A stretch of 62,475 bases of DNA, the filler included, from Sphacelaria rigidula (taxonomy: Eukaryota): the NCBI GenBank assembly GCA_964200075.2. It is 11 parts of 11 records of this genome, joined end to end, with 100 filler letters (N's around TTAATTAATTAA, not from the genome) between each part and the next. Parts side by side here need not be neighbours in the genome. Positions count along the whole stretch, not along the records: positions 22,757 to 28,345 come from CAXNAA020026068.1; positions 28,446 to 34,034 come from CAXNAA020026069.1; positions 34,135 to 39,723 come from CAXNAA020026070.1; 8 more parts are not named here. One strand, 5' to 3'. The translations under genes were made by a program, and so were the position numbers. Shown here piece by piece: positions 24,545-36,579 of this stretch (the stretch's first letter is position 1; every line of letters starts with the position of its first letter). The notes under the pieces are model-generated. The model was not told where the DNA came from, made no database searches, and was given only the letters and a program-made list of their open reading frames with translations.

Positions 24545-24780
24545 AACTGACCAGAGGGGTAGTTTTTGGTTTCCTCCAGAGGGATTAAACGCCTCTGGAG
24601 GCTTGTTTTCGCGTTCGGATGGCCGCGCATCCCTCCGGAGGCATTTTTCTACCCCCGAATTTCTCCGGAGGGGTGCGTGATCCTCCAGAGCGATAGTTTT
24701 TGGTTTCTTCCAGAGGGATTCAAGGCCTCCGGAGGCTTGTTTTGCCTCTGGAGGGCCGCGCATCCCTCCTGAGGCATTTT
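24545..24780. repeat. Degenerate ~130-bp tandem unit rich in CCAGAGGG/CCTCTGGAG subrepeats (probable transposon subterminal array)
   Basis: TAGTTTTTGGTTTC.TCCAGAGGGATT.AA.GCCTC.GGAGGCTTGTTTT...GGCCGCGCATCCCTCC.GAGGCATTTT occurs twice. Confidence 0.65.
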
Positions 24781-24914
24781 GGGAGGTAACGAAATGGTCG
24801 CATGTGTAGGGTGTGACAAAGAAAATATCGTGTGTCGATGGAGTTTGAAAAAATAAATAATAATACGGTGTTTTGCCGTGATCTCAAGCATCAACCCACC
24901 TCTGGAGAGTCTCC

Positions 24915-25038
24915 TGACGTCTTCACGCCTTCAACGTTGGGAAACATATTTCCGGAAGAAAAAAGTGAGTACGGCGGGAATCGAATCCACGTTCTCTCCA
25001 CCCTGACGACGACAGGCTGAACATTGGACCACCGGGGA
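24915..25038 (-). mobile_element. tRNA-derived SINE-like head (family A)
   Basis: The minus strand reads CCCCGGTGGTCCAATG...GTGGATTCGATTCCCG, i.e. Pol III A and B boxes, but no intact acceptor stem. Homologous to 160-282. Confidence 0.6.
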
Positions 25039-26026
25039 ACTTTCTCCATGATGAGCAGACTCTGAATTGACGATGCATGGATCATTTTTTGTAATTTCGG
25101 GGTGTAATTTTGACACCAGAGAAACTGCACTGAGGCCTACCCTGTCCCACGTGCGGCCCATATGTTCATCTTTTCCCCAGTTACTTGAAGGGATTTGACC
25201 ATGGCTTCGAAAGTTGAAACGCCCAAAGTTGCGGTAAAAAAAATGCCAAGAGAGTAACGCGGTGGGCTCATATGTAATAATTATCTTGCTGTAGTTGTCT
25301 TCAGATTAAAAATTGCTTCGATATCTGCGCGGTACATCGGTACTGAGCATCTAATGCGGATGCCTTCGGTGGTCACAGGTTAGCTACCTATAACACGTAT
25401 ATGAAGAAGTGGAACAAAGAAACGAAAATAGACACAAAACACACACGCGCGCGCGCGATACAAGCAAGACAGGGGACTAATAAATAACAAAGAAGAAAGA
25501 GAATTGATATGGCTAACCTAATATGGCTAACCTCAAAAGATGGTACCGAAGGTGGCCATTCGGACTTCAGGGGGCGACGCCCGACTTTCCAACTCGACGC
25601 GCGAGGCCAAGAAGAAATGGACACAGGGTCAGACTACGAGCCCTACTCAAGTCCCGAAGACCAGCAGTAGGTGTCAAAAATTCAAAAATTCATCCCGAAA
25701 TCCGAATAAATGAGCCGCGCGTGGCCTGTGACCTGTTGTCACAGAGCCTTGGTCGGCCCAGTAGTCTTGCTGGGACGAAGTTTTTGTTTCATGAGTTAAA
25801 CTTAATCATGATCCAGTTTCGGTCAAAGATCCATAAGTCGAACCAACTCAAACGTCCCTGCAGGAATATATTCTAATATACCCTGTATCCTGAATCTCTA
25901 TACGAAATTTGAAAACGCAACAACTCTCCAAATTGAGGTGAGAGTCGATCGCTATAAAGAAGAAGGCTCGCTTTTTGCGTTTATCAGTGCAAATTTTGCT
26001 GTTCTCAAAACAAATATGCCCTTGAC

Positions 26027-26466
26027 AGCCGATTATCAAAATTGAGGATGGAGCTTGTCATTGAAGATGAGCACCCGGAGGATAAAAAGCTTCGTATCCG
26101 CACCAAATCTTCGAAGTATGGTTCCACTCCTTCACCTGCTAGTAGCTGTATTGACAACTGCTACACGCCCTACAAATCTGGATTTCGATAACCGAAATGT
26201 TGGGGTCCTAGATGAAGAAACGCTTTCGGGGAAATTAGGTGATCCAATCGGATCGACGAAATTCCCCGGAATCGGTTTTTCACCTAGGACCCCAACATTT
26301 CGGTGATCGAAATCCAAATTTCTGTGGCGTGTAGTATTTGTTAATAGCTACTAGTAGGTGAAGGAATGAAACCATATATCCAAGATTTGGTGTGGATACG
26401 AATATTCCAATTCTCCGTGTTCTCATCCTCAGTGAAAAGCTCGACCCTCAATCTCAATGATCGGCT
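26027..26466. mobile_element. 440-bp whole-length hairpin MITE
   Basis: The arms are reverse complementary along their length, e.g. CTTCACCTGCTAGTAGCT / AGCTACTAGTAGGTGAAG and GATAACCGAAATGTTGGGGTCCTAG / CTAGGACCCCAACATTTCGGTGATC. Confidence 0.8.
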
Positions 26467-27714
26467 TTTCCTTGCGATTCTCCGTGATCAATTTCAAAAC
26501 ACCTCTAAAAACTGAGCTATGAAACTGACATGAGGATCAAAACTAATTTCTATTTTTCACTATAATGCGCCCCGGCTTGAAGACATGAAAAAAAAAAGAA
26601 ACAATAATGATATTACGATGTAAACCTTCAGGGAGTTTTTTTTTTTTATTCCCTAGGGATTTTTTATACCAATTTGCAAAGCAAAACTCTCAAAACTGAG
26701 ATGCGAAATAAATCCAGATTTAGTACTCTAATGGAAGCTGTTCGAAATACCTGTCGAAAACTGCCTTGTGGGCCCTTCTCCGTCGATTTACACGCGAAAA
26801 GAGAGCTAGGCGGATGTTGACGACTTGGAATGACTTGCTCTACACGGGTGGCCACTGGTACACGTTATATCAAGAGGTTACGACCAACCTTCGGTAATGT
26901 AAGCCATACGCATTTTGGAACCTGGCAGGTTCTGTAAAGTACCCGCGTAACGTCTGAGGTTATACGTAACACACGCGGCCATTCGGGTACCCCCTCAAAA
27001 TCCTCTATCGCGATTTTCATCCTCTCGAGAGTAAAGTGGCCCCCCCGAGGATGAAAACACCCTCTGTTTCATACTCGGTGCCGGTCATAAAACGAAACCT
27101 CTGGAGTCCATCTGATGCTCCAGTGACTTCTGAGGTCTGAATCGCTCCAGAGCACCAAAAAGATGGTGCTCTGGAGCACGTGGTTTTCGTGAACGTCCCT
27201 TGAAGGGAAATATGAACAGCAGAGGGAAATATGAGCATCATTCCTCTGGAGGAGGGACCGCCTATACGAATGCGCGTGAGTGGTAGGTGTCTGTGCGTGT
27301 TTTTTCGGGGCTGGGTGTGAAAGCGTTGTGTTGCCTTGTTGTGTCTTGTCTGCAGCATTACACAGACGTTGGGCCTGCTTGGACTACCGACCACTTCCAG
27401 ACCCGCCGCATTCCTCAACCTGCGCGCAGATCTGGGTTCCAATCTGTACAAAATTGCTTGTCGATATAGGACTCGGGACTAGTCGTTATGGGGCCAATCC
27501 CCTGTCAAAAGGGGATTGTGAAAAAGGGGACAATCCCCTTCGTTAAGAAGGGCCCTAACCACCAGCCAAATCTGTACCGCGCGGCCATGTGGACATACAC
27601 TCGCAATCAGTGTATGGGATTTGTAACCAGCCGAGGCACCTGAAGACTTCGATCCCCTTGTCCAATTGGTATTATATGAAATGGGGGGCAAGAGGATGAG
27701 TTTTCCAAGGCCAG

Positions 27715-28306
27715 GTCGAGTAGAGTATACTCAATACTCAGTATTTTTGAAGAGTCACACTTTTAGTACTCAAAGTTTGAGTAGAGTATTGGAGGTGGTA
27801 CTCGACCTATTCGAAATTTGAGTAGAGTATTGAGGTCATACTCAAGTGATACCCTATATTCAAGTATTACTGAGAGTGCTTACTCAATATTTGAGTAGAG
27901 TATTTGAGACCGTACTCGATCTACTCGAAATTTGAGTAGAGTATTTGAGGCCGTACTCGACCTACTCGAAATTTGAGTGGAGTATTCGAGACTGTACTCG
28001 ACCTACTCGAAATTTGAGTAGAGTATTGAGGTCGTACTCAAGTGATGCTCTATTCTCCAGTATTACTGAGAGTGGTTACTCAATATTTGAGTAGAGTATT
28101 GGAGACCATACTCGACCTACTCAAAATTTGAGTAGAGTATTTGAGGCCGTACTCGACCTACTCAAAATTTGAGTATAGTTTTTGAGACCATACTCGACCT
28201 ACTCAAAATTTGAGTAGAGTATTTGAGGTCGTACTCGACCTACTCGAAATTTGAGTAGAGTATTGAGGTCGTACTCAAGTGATACTCTATACTCAAGTAT
28301 TACTGA
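27715..28306. repeat. Tandem minisatellite, ~39-bp unit with higher-order structure
   Basis: The unit GAGTAGAGTATTTGAGGCCGTACTCGACCTACTCGAAATTT repeats in runs. A variant block (ACTCAAGTGATAC.CTAT..TC.AGTATTACTGAG) punctuates it three times. Confidence 0.9.
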
Positions 28307-28445
28307 GCGTGTGCGTGTGTGTGTTGTCGTCCCATTTATTCTGGGNNNNNNNNNNNNNNNNNNNNNNNNNNNNNNNNNNNNNNNNNNNNTTAATTAATTA
28401 ANNNNNNNNNNNNNNNNNNNNNNNNNNNNNNNNNNNNNNNNNNNN

Positions 28446-28582
28446 AAAAACAAATAAGAAAGATAAAGCTCCGTGTTGACCTCCCTCCTGTGTGACCTCG
28501 GCTGATGCGCCCACGTATACCGAAAGGTGTAGACTGGTGCCCAGAATAAATGGGATGACAACACACAACACAACACACAGCG
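28446..28582 (+). mobile_element. SINE family B, 3' portion at a contig start
   Basis: CCTCCTGTGTGACCTCGGCTGATGCGCCCACGTATACCGAAAGGTGTAGACTGG...GGGATGACAACACAC matches the other family B copies. Confidence 0.7.
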
Positions 28583-29399
28583 ACGTGTTTTCCAACTACA
28601 TTATCCGGGAAAACATGCGCGCCGTTAGTGCTTCCCCCGGCTGGTGAGGGGGCCCCGCCGCCGGAGGCAAAAAAAAGTGCGGTATATGGCTTATTTTCCC
28701 TTGAAGAATATTCCCCGCTGTGGTGTGGTGTCTGTCTCCCTGTTGAGAAAAACATGCATCATCACTAGTTAAAGTCTAGTGTAAGCTTCCTATTGGTACC
28801 GGTAACGAAACCAGATTCATTGCTGTCCGACTGCAATGGCTCAAACGTGGGATAACACCCCTGCCTTTTCGGTGATATCGTCCAATGAGGAGATGCGTTT
28901 GTTTCATCTCCGGGAGAAGGGATGAGGAGAGAAGGGGGTCATGAGGGAATGTTTTTGTGGTCCACACGTTCTAACGATTTCGCTCGCGTGTTCATCAAGT
29001 GTGGAGGGACATGATTTTCGGTGCGCGGCATGAACCCGGTCCTTCCAATGCCGAAAGCGTTCCACCCAAAACACGGACTACTGAACTGTGCGTACATGAG
29101 CACGGGCTGGTGGGGGAGTTTGTGGTCATCAGTGGTTAAGCCGCTGCTTATAGTGATTAGTTTTAGAGAAGTCCGTTTTTCAAAAACCCACTTTACAGGT
29201 CATGGAAAAATCCAGAGGGTTTGTACACCCAAGGCCACCATCTAGCCTGCGTTCAGATGGTGGTATTGATCATCATTTACATTTTCTACTTGTGCCACCT
29301 ACTATAAACTAACTCGTGATCTCGTGCAGATACAGAATAGATGGGATGACAACACAGCACACACGCACGCACACAGTGACGACTTATACTGGTATGATA

Positions 29400-30508
29400 C
29401 AGGCTGGTTCAGATTGAATGCCCAAAATTTATTCCCCGGCTGATGACGAACGCAATACCCAGTCAATATGCACACATGTGGTATCATACTGACCGCAATG
29501 AACAGAGAAAAATGGTGACATATCTATTTTGTTCAAGGCTATAGCGGTGGCGCTATGGACAAAAGTATGTCTCGACCAATCAGCGCCCTTCAAATTGTTC
29601 CGAAATTGACAACAAAAATTCCAAGCCCAATTTCCACCGAATCTCCACATGGTTTAAATCGTAGTAACCGTCATGAGCCTGGGAATCTAACGGGAGAAAC
29701 AGAGTTGAAGACGGTTCCAACGAGGTCGAATTTTGCCCGAAACCGTAATGTTTCGGTGATGTGGAGCTTTGGCGTCGTCTAATTTCCACTCGTGATACGT
29801 ACAAAAGACCCACGGAACCTCGTGACGATTTCCCTTTTATCTGTTGCTGAAAAGCTCAGATCATCCTCAAACTTGGCAGTTCCGTAGGAATTGATGCTCC
29901 AAATGGAAAAAATTGCATCCTTGGCAAGATTCCAACGTTTCTCCATTCTCTACCGGCTTCCGGGGGTCCCAGCATAAAGACCCCCCGGAAACCGGTACAG
30001 AATGCCTCAACACCAAAATTTTGACAACCTAGGGTTGGTGGTATCCCAAGAAATATGTGTATCAATTCTCGTTGCTCAACTCGAAAAACTGAATCGGCTG
30101 GGTCTTCTACCGTAAAAACAACTCTCAAAAAGGGCGATTCTATACTTCAATCAAGTAATTAGCGGGGCACGCAGACTTCGGCGCACGTTTTGGCATTTCC
30201 TCACGCCGTTTTTTCAAGTTAGACCACGAAAATTTGTACACATGTTCTGGAGGGCACTATCTAAAACTCGAAGACCGTTTTATTCTTATTTTTATGCCTA
30301 TTCATCCAAGGTCGCGGTTGACCTACTTGACCGGGGGAGGGGTCATATCCCGACTATCTCGACACCAACAAAAAAAAGGAAAAACGGTCTTCGAATTTTA
30401 GATGGTGCCCTCAAGAATATGTGTGCAAATTTTCGTGGTCTACCTCGAAAAAACGGCGTGAGGAAATCCTGGGGAATGAATTTTGGCCGTTCAATCTGAA
30501 CCAGCTCG
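29400..30508. mobile_element. Non-autonomous Tc1/mariner-like element (~1.1 kb, TA TSD)
   Basis: Ends read TA|CAGGCTGGTTCAGATTGAATGCCCAAAA ... TTTTGGCCGTTCAATCTGAACCAGCTCG|TA. Internal sequence is shared in opposite orientation with 46746-47841. No transposase ORF. Confidence 0.75.
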
Positions 30509-32734
30509 TAAGGATCGAAACGACAGGCATATCAAGCCTTACTTCAGCCGACGTGGTGTAGTAGTGTTGAAATAGCTGAGCGGTGCAGGGTGCAGCTGTA
30601 CCGTGTGAGCAGTACATGCAACATGCATAGCCACTGTTGCACGGACTATACCATTGCGGGTGCGGTGCGCGAGGAGTGTGTGATGGAGCGCCGCTTTTCA
30701 CACGGTTTAATCTCACTGAGAACTGACCGTTTTTTCTGACAGTTGGAAAAGTTTCGCTGTCTGAAAAAAAGTATCAGTTTTCAGAGGGTTGTTACATGAA
30801 GAATGGCCCTATGAGACCGCGTTCTGAAAACGTATCTGGAAACTGAACAAAACGACTTTCAGTGACCTTTTTCAGACTATGAGACGCGGCCTGAGTGCGT
30901 GTGCATTATGGGGGCGTGGTGTGTAGCTTTGTGCCTGCTTGTCGCGTGTTTTTGTACCGGCACAGAGATGTTGGGCCAGCGACCACCGCGAAAAAAACGC
31001 CGTATCTTCGAATATGTGCTCAGGTCTGGATTGGATATGTAGTAAAAAAGTGTTTGGCCTGAGTAGGCAGATTTACCCTAGATCGGCGCGAAGAAGTGAT
31101 GATTGACAAACTCTCTGTTTTCGTCAAACCATAACGCTAACCCCAACCGAAACCGAGACGCCTCGGATAAGGGAGATGCATAGAGTGCCCTGGGCAAAGC
31201 GCGCTCAGTGGATCAGATCGGCGCCTGAGCTGCCGATTCAAGCCGAATCGAATGCCGCCCACGCTGCGCGCATGCTGGGCTTGTGACCGTAAGCCCTGCA
31301 AACACCGGAATATAATGGTCTGCGCTAGACCCAGCATATGTTACAGCTTCTCTGGGCTGAGCTGGGGTAACCTATGCCCGGGAGACTTCAACTGAACGCT
31401 GCGGGGCACACTTTGCCAGAAGTGTATAGCAACGAAGTCGCTTTCATTTTGATGACACATGTCCTTAGCCGTTTGATCTACAACATCACTTCGGAACAGT
31501 CTCACCGGCTGACGGTCAGGGGTGCCAATGTTCTAGGGGGAAGGGTGCTAAGGATTTCCCAATCGTCAGACAACGGTTTGCTCCCCAGATCAACGATATA
31601 TATTTCCCAGGAAATGTTCGGTAGCCCTGAAGGGACAGAACACAGTAGCTAGTTCCACCCGTACGAGTCCACAATTTCGTCGAATCTCAAGTGTTATAAC
31701 TTGTCTACAAAGTAGTTTCCTGTGGCGATGTTAGCCATCACACCAACCCAACCGGACCCACCCCACTCCCCAGCCCTGACCCTAACTTCAAAGAAACGCA
31801 GACCATGAACTGTCGGGCCAAGGGAGTTCACACTTAAGACAGACACAGTGCTCACGAATGTGTTGTGGCGGGCAAGAGAGGTAGCGTGGCGCTCAAAAGT
31901 TCTGCCCCAACAAAATTGTGGACTCTTGAGGATTGAAGTACCGATAAAGGGAAATGGGTGACCATGGTGATAATCCTGATTAATGGAATGGTTCATTATG
32001 TTCCCCTATAAATCGCTCAGTATCGCCCGCAGTCCCGCACAAACCCGCAAAGTGAGCACCGTGCCGTACAGTATCACATACTCATAACGGTGATACCGAA
32101 AAAACTGTACCGCGATTCCCTGGTACCTTACCGTACGTACCGTAGATCACGCGTACCGTGCCGTACGCACCGTGAGCTACAAACATCGTAATGCAAATAT
32201 AAATCCCACGTGGGACCCTGCATCTGTTAGCAGGTGTGGCTCGGAGGTATGCATAGCGCCCATACGATGCCTATGACAGGGTTTCGAGCCCCGCGTGTAT
32301 ATTCCTTCACTACTTCGCTCTACCATAAAACGCCTCTGTCGCAGTCGGTATAGTTTGACAATAAAAAATGCAACAGCTATATTCCGGCCCGCGATCGAGG
32401 GGTTGACCAGTCTCCCCGTGTGTGCACTAATACGCGGTGACTTCATGTTATGGCTGCAATATTCGCCTGTGCTTCGACCAAACGTAAAAAACGGTGTCGA
32501 GATCGAAAATAGACGTCCCACCATCTACAATAAAAGTTGAGGAGCACGAGAGAACCCCCTATTTCTTCGGATAGGCACCAGAAGGTACTCGAAATCGCGT
32601 CTCAACGCGGCCATTTTGTGCAGGTTCGCTCTTGTTCAATCTGACAAAGAATGCCGGAGAAAATAACGTTATTTCCTTGTTATCACTTCGAGAGGATAAG
32701 CCACATCCGAGAAAACTACACACGTCAAACGAGC

Positions 32735-33310
32735 ACAAGGATGACTCGTGGCACTCGCATTCGTTGGGCTGCTCGTTGGCCATATGAATCAACAGGGTGA
32801 GTACTCGAGTCATTGCTCGTTGTGGAAAAACATAAGAGGGCGAGCACTCAAGCCATTGCTCGTTGTGGAAAAATTCAATTGGGCGAGTGCTCAAGTCATT
32901 GCTCATGCTGGAGAAGTAAATGACTCAAGCACACGAGTCATCGCTCATGATGAACGACTTAGTGGAGGAGTCAGCAATCCGACGACCAAACAGTTATTCT
33001 CAGCTCTTCGCCGATCTTGAACCTAGAATCTTCAAGTTCATGTGCATATCTGCACATGTATGAGCGTCAAACTCCAAAGCTCTTTATTTATTCATTTTTT
33101 ATTTTATCCAAGCACCCCCCCCGAGAGATCAGAGTTGTACTAAAGCGACGGAGAGTATCTCTTGAGTGGTATATTTATAGGACGAGCACTCCAATCATTG
33201 CTCGTTGTGAAAAAAGCCAATGACTCGAGCACACGAGTCATGCTCGTTGTGCTTTCAAAAACCATCCACGAGTGCACTCATTTCGACGAGTAATGACTCG
33301 TCCGACTTGT
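32735..33310. repeat. Array of degenerate GAGCACTC/GAGTCATTGCTCGTTGTGGAAAA subrepeats
   Basis: CATTGCTCGTTGTG(G)AAAA and ATGACTC(G/A)AGCACACGAGTCAT each recur several times. Confidence 0.65.
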
Positions 33311-33942
33311 GAAAAACTATCTGCATAGCACTCATCGACAACCCGACGACCACTAATCCTCTCTGACCCAGCCTTTTCCTCAGCTACCTGTGGGTAGGGT
33401 GGCGATATTCGACTCCGACTGCGTTACGAGTTGTGCGCGTGAACAATACGCACACCACTTACGAAACACTCATGCCGACAAAAGTATTACCGCACGCCGT
33501 GATATCTGATACGTAGTGCGGTGATGGGAGAAGAGTCTATGATGGGGCCTTAGTTCACAGCGTCATACGCCAGATGCTTCCCAACTCGTGTCTGCAAGGC
33601 GTTGCGGTTGATGCAAGGAACCCTATAACATCTTCCGGAAGCTATACTACTCCCCTCCTCTCTTCCCCCCGCCGGATTTTTTCGAGCAAGATACGGATTT
33701 CTCATAGCCATTTCCAGCTTGAATAGGGAGGTCTCACAGCTGTTGCTGTCCAAATAAGGATATCTCGCAGTCCAGGCCGTGGTTAGGCGTCACTCTGTTT
33801 TGCCGGGCTAAGCACGGAGTGTTGACAGTTGTTTCCAAGCCAAGCATGGATGTTTTTAGGTCGGGCGCTGCCCAACGATTTTTTCGAAACATGATTGGGC
33901 GGTTCCCCCGCGACATGCTCGACAATCACACTATAGTGCGTG

Positions 33943-33979
<37 letters not shown>

Positions 33980-35111
33980 TGCTTCCTGGGCCGGGGCGGG
34001 CGGGTTTGGCTACATCCCCCCCCCCCTCCCTTCGNNNNNNNNNNNNNNNNNNNNNNNNNNNNNNNNNNNNNNNNNNNNTTAATTAATTAANNNNNNNNNN
34101 NNNNNNNNNNNNNNNNNNNNNNNNNNNNNNNNNNCCTCAATAGTGGCAGCCGCTGGGGGTTTCCACGCGGGGGCCCGACTCAGACCCATGTTTTTTGTGG
34201 AAACAAAGCCCCCCCCCCCCCCCCCCCCCGCGCTCCATCTCGAAAGGGATGCATGGTCAATGGTCGAACGACTAAGGCAGCACAGAGGTTGATGGCGGTA
34301 ATGATACCCCTGATATCGATACATACATGTTTCACCAGGTATCAAATGACAGCTCTAGTCAACAGCTTTTAACACCTACATTTTTACTGATCGCGGATGT
34401 TGCTCCGATTTTGTATTTCGGAACAAGAAGACTGGTTTACGTACCGCTTACTGCTCGCGCACGATACACTACTGTACTTGCAGTCTTTTTCGGCAGAGGA
34501 TGAGAGTAAGAGTAGGGGGTACCTAACATGTCCTATATTCCTATGCCTGTGCAAATAGAGAATTTCAAAATTATGCATTGGCGTTTCGCATCTCTTCGAA
34601 CAGTTAGAATCTGGGTGTGAGCATTCCTGCTGAAATCGGAGAGAAAATGAGATGCCGAGCCTCGCTCTATCGAAAGTTTCTCGGCATCTGTCGCGCTCTG
34701 TTCAGTGCCTCACACGAACAAACAAATTACTTCATGAGAGCCGTACAACTACTCGGAATCAACTCAATACACAATACATGAAAGAAAGTAGAATCCGACC
34801 CTGGCGTTTACATCGACTCCGTACAGTAGTAGTTGAAACAGGTAAACCCGAACTGAGATTATGGAGTGCTCGATTTACCCCTACTATGTGCGTGTACTAC
34901 GTTCCGCCTACTTTTCCCGACATGGATGTGATTGTAGGACGTCATCATCGCGATGTACGTCAGACTACTGTACGGATAATGGGGACGAGAATCCCGTCTC
35001 GTGCTTGTATGATGTAACCGATATGCCATAGCTGCTGCACCTATGCTGAGAGCGCCCGATATTTCCCGATCGATCCCTCTGTCGTTATTGAACTCATGTT
35101 TCACGTTGCAG

Positions 35112-35212
35112 CAATCGAAACAGGGGTGACAAACCAGGACAACTTGGATCTGACTGAGCCCGTGGCGCACCGCGAACTCCGCCGCCGCGGCCGCGGCCGG
35201 GGGCGCGGCAAG
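35112..35212 (+). CDS. Cys-module protein, pro-region exon (the upstream exon with start codon or signal peptide was not identified)
   Basis: The 101-nt exon (TTGCAG| ... |GTAATG) encodes xIETGVTNQDNLDLTEPVAHRELRRRGRGRGRGK and ends in phase 0, matching the next exon. Confidence 0.65.
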
Positions 35213-35443
35213 GTAATGGCATTGTTACCACGTTGATATACGGCAGGAGTAACTATTTTATAGCCCGGTTGTGAAATATCAGCTGTAGCAAGAGAAGAGT
35301 TGATAACCCTCCGCATGAGCATGCGTCCGAACGATTTGCAGAGCATTTTGTACAGGAAATCTCTTCCTAGTCCTCATCATGTAGCAATGTCCCACAGGAA
35401 AACTCACGAGTATTTGCCTGCCGGTGTCTTCCTCAAAATTCAG

Positions 35444-35549
35444 CGGGACAAGTGCAGGCACTACTACTGCCCTTCGGGCTGGACGCCCATCGACAACTAC
35501 TGGAAAAAGTGCAGCGGCAAGTGCGACCTGTACGAGTGTTGTTACGAAG
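35444..35549 (+). CDS. Cys-module protein, module 1 exon
   Basis: Exon ATTCAG| ... |GTGAGC encodes RDKCRHYYCPSGWTPIDNYWKKCSGKCDLYECCYE. Confidence 0.85.
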
Positions 35550-35823
35550 GTGAGCAAACAGTGGTGTTATGCAAGAGGTTGTTCATCATCAACTCTCACG
35601 GCCAGGTGGTCAAAATCGAGTATGCATGAAGACTAACCATCGACAAAACGGATCTCTCATTTTTTATTCTTCATTGCCCTAGGTGGTGATGAATCAAGAC
35701 GTTTCGTCTCTGGACCTTGGATCAGAGTGTCCTGCCGTTGAGTCGCAGAACATCTCGAACTGCGACGCTTCATGTCCCTCTTCCACGCGATCACCAATTG
35801 TCTTTCGTGCACGCTTGTCGCAG

Positions 35824-35931
35824 AGAAAAAGGAGACGTGCAAGGACGACTACCACTGCCCAGCGGGCTACGTCAACCTTGGAAACAAGGAGTGCCGCGGA
35901 GAGTGCGACGAATACGAGTGCTGCAAGAAGG
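35824..35931 (+). CDS. Cys-module protein, module 2 exon (108 nt, phase 1-1)
   Basis: Exon TCGCAG| ... |GTGAGC encodes EKKETCKDDYHCPAGYVNLGNKECRGECDEYECCKK. Confidence 0.9.
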
Positions 35932-36148
35932 GTGAGCGGACTCCTTTGCCTGTGTGCAAATTTGAAGTTCCTCCTCGTGAAGACCAAAGAGCAGGAAGCA
36001 CAATTTGTTCGGCAGGACATGGAGATATGACTCATTATGACGTTTCGTCATCGCTTTTACGTTAAACTGAGCCGCAGCATCCGCGAAATGCTGCATTTGT
36101 TTTCTCGCCACACCATGACCGATTCCCTCACTCGCATGCTTGTCGCAG

Positions 36149-36256
36149 AAAAAAAAAAGACGTGCAAGGACGACTACCACTGCCCGGCGGGCTACATAAC
36201 CCTTGGTAGCAGGGAGTGCCGCGGCGAGTGCGACGAGTACCAATGCTGCTACAAAG
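36149..36256 (+). CDS. Cys-module protein, module 3 exon (108 nt, phase 1-1)
   Basis: Exon TCGCAG| ... |GTGAGG encodes EKKKTCKDDYHCPAGYITLGSRECRGECDEYQCCYK. Confidence 0.9.
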
Positions 36257-36471
36257 GTGAGGGGAACTCTGCTTCCACCATGTAAATTTTGCATCGCCCC
36301 ACTCGCGAAGATCAACCGGCGACGAAACGGCACACTTCTCTTTTCATGGCAGGAGATCAGGACATGTAGTCTAAAATCCATGGACCTTGTTGTAGCATTT
36401 GACCGTAAAAGAATGCAGCATGTTTTTTGTACACGCCGTCACCAGTCCCCTCGTCTGCATGCGGTATGCAG

Positions 36472-36579
36472 AGAAAAAGAAGACGTGCAAGGACGACTAC
36501 CACTGTCCCTCGGGCTACCGGAACCTCGGCGCCAAGGAGTGCAGCGGCGAGTGCGACACATACGAATGCTGCAAAAAAG
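36472..36579 (+). CDS. Cys-module protein, module 4 exon (108 nt, phase 1-1)
   Basis: Exon ATGCAG| ... |GTGAGC encodes EKKKTCKDDYHCPSGYRNLGAKECSGECDTYECCKK. Confidence 0.9.

Noticed and set aside
27715..28306. CRISPR-like array of palindromic ~39-bp repeats
   Set aside because: The units are contiguous with no unique spacers, there are no cas genes and the context is eukaryotic. It is a minisatellite.
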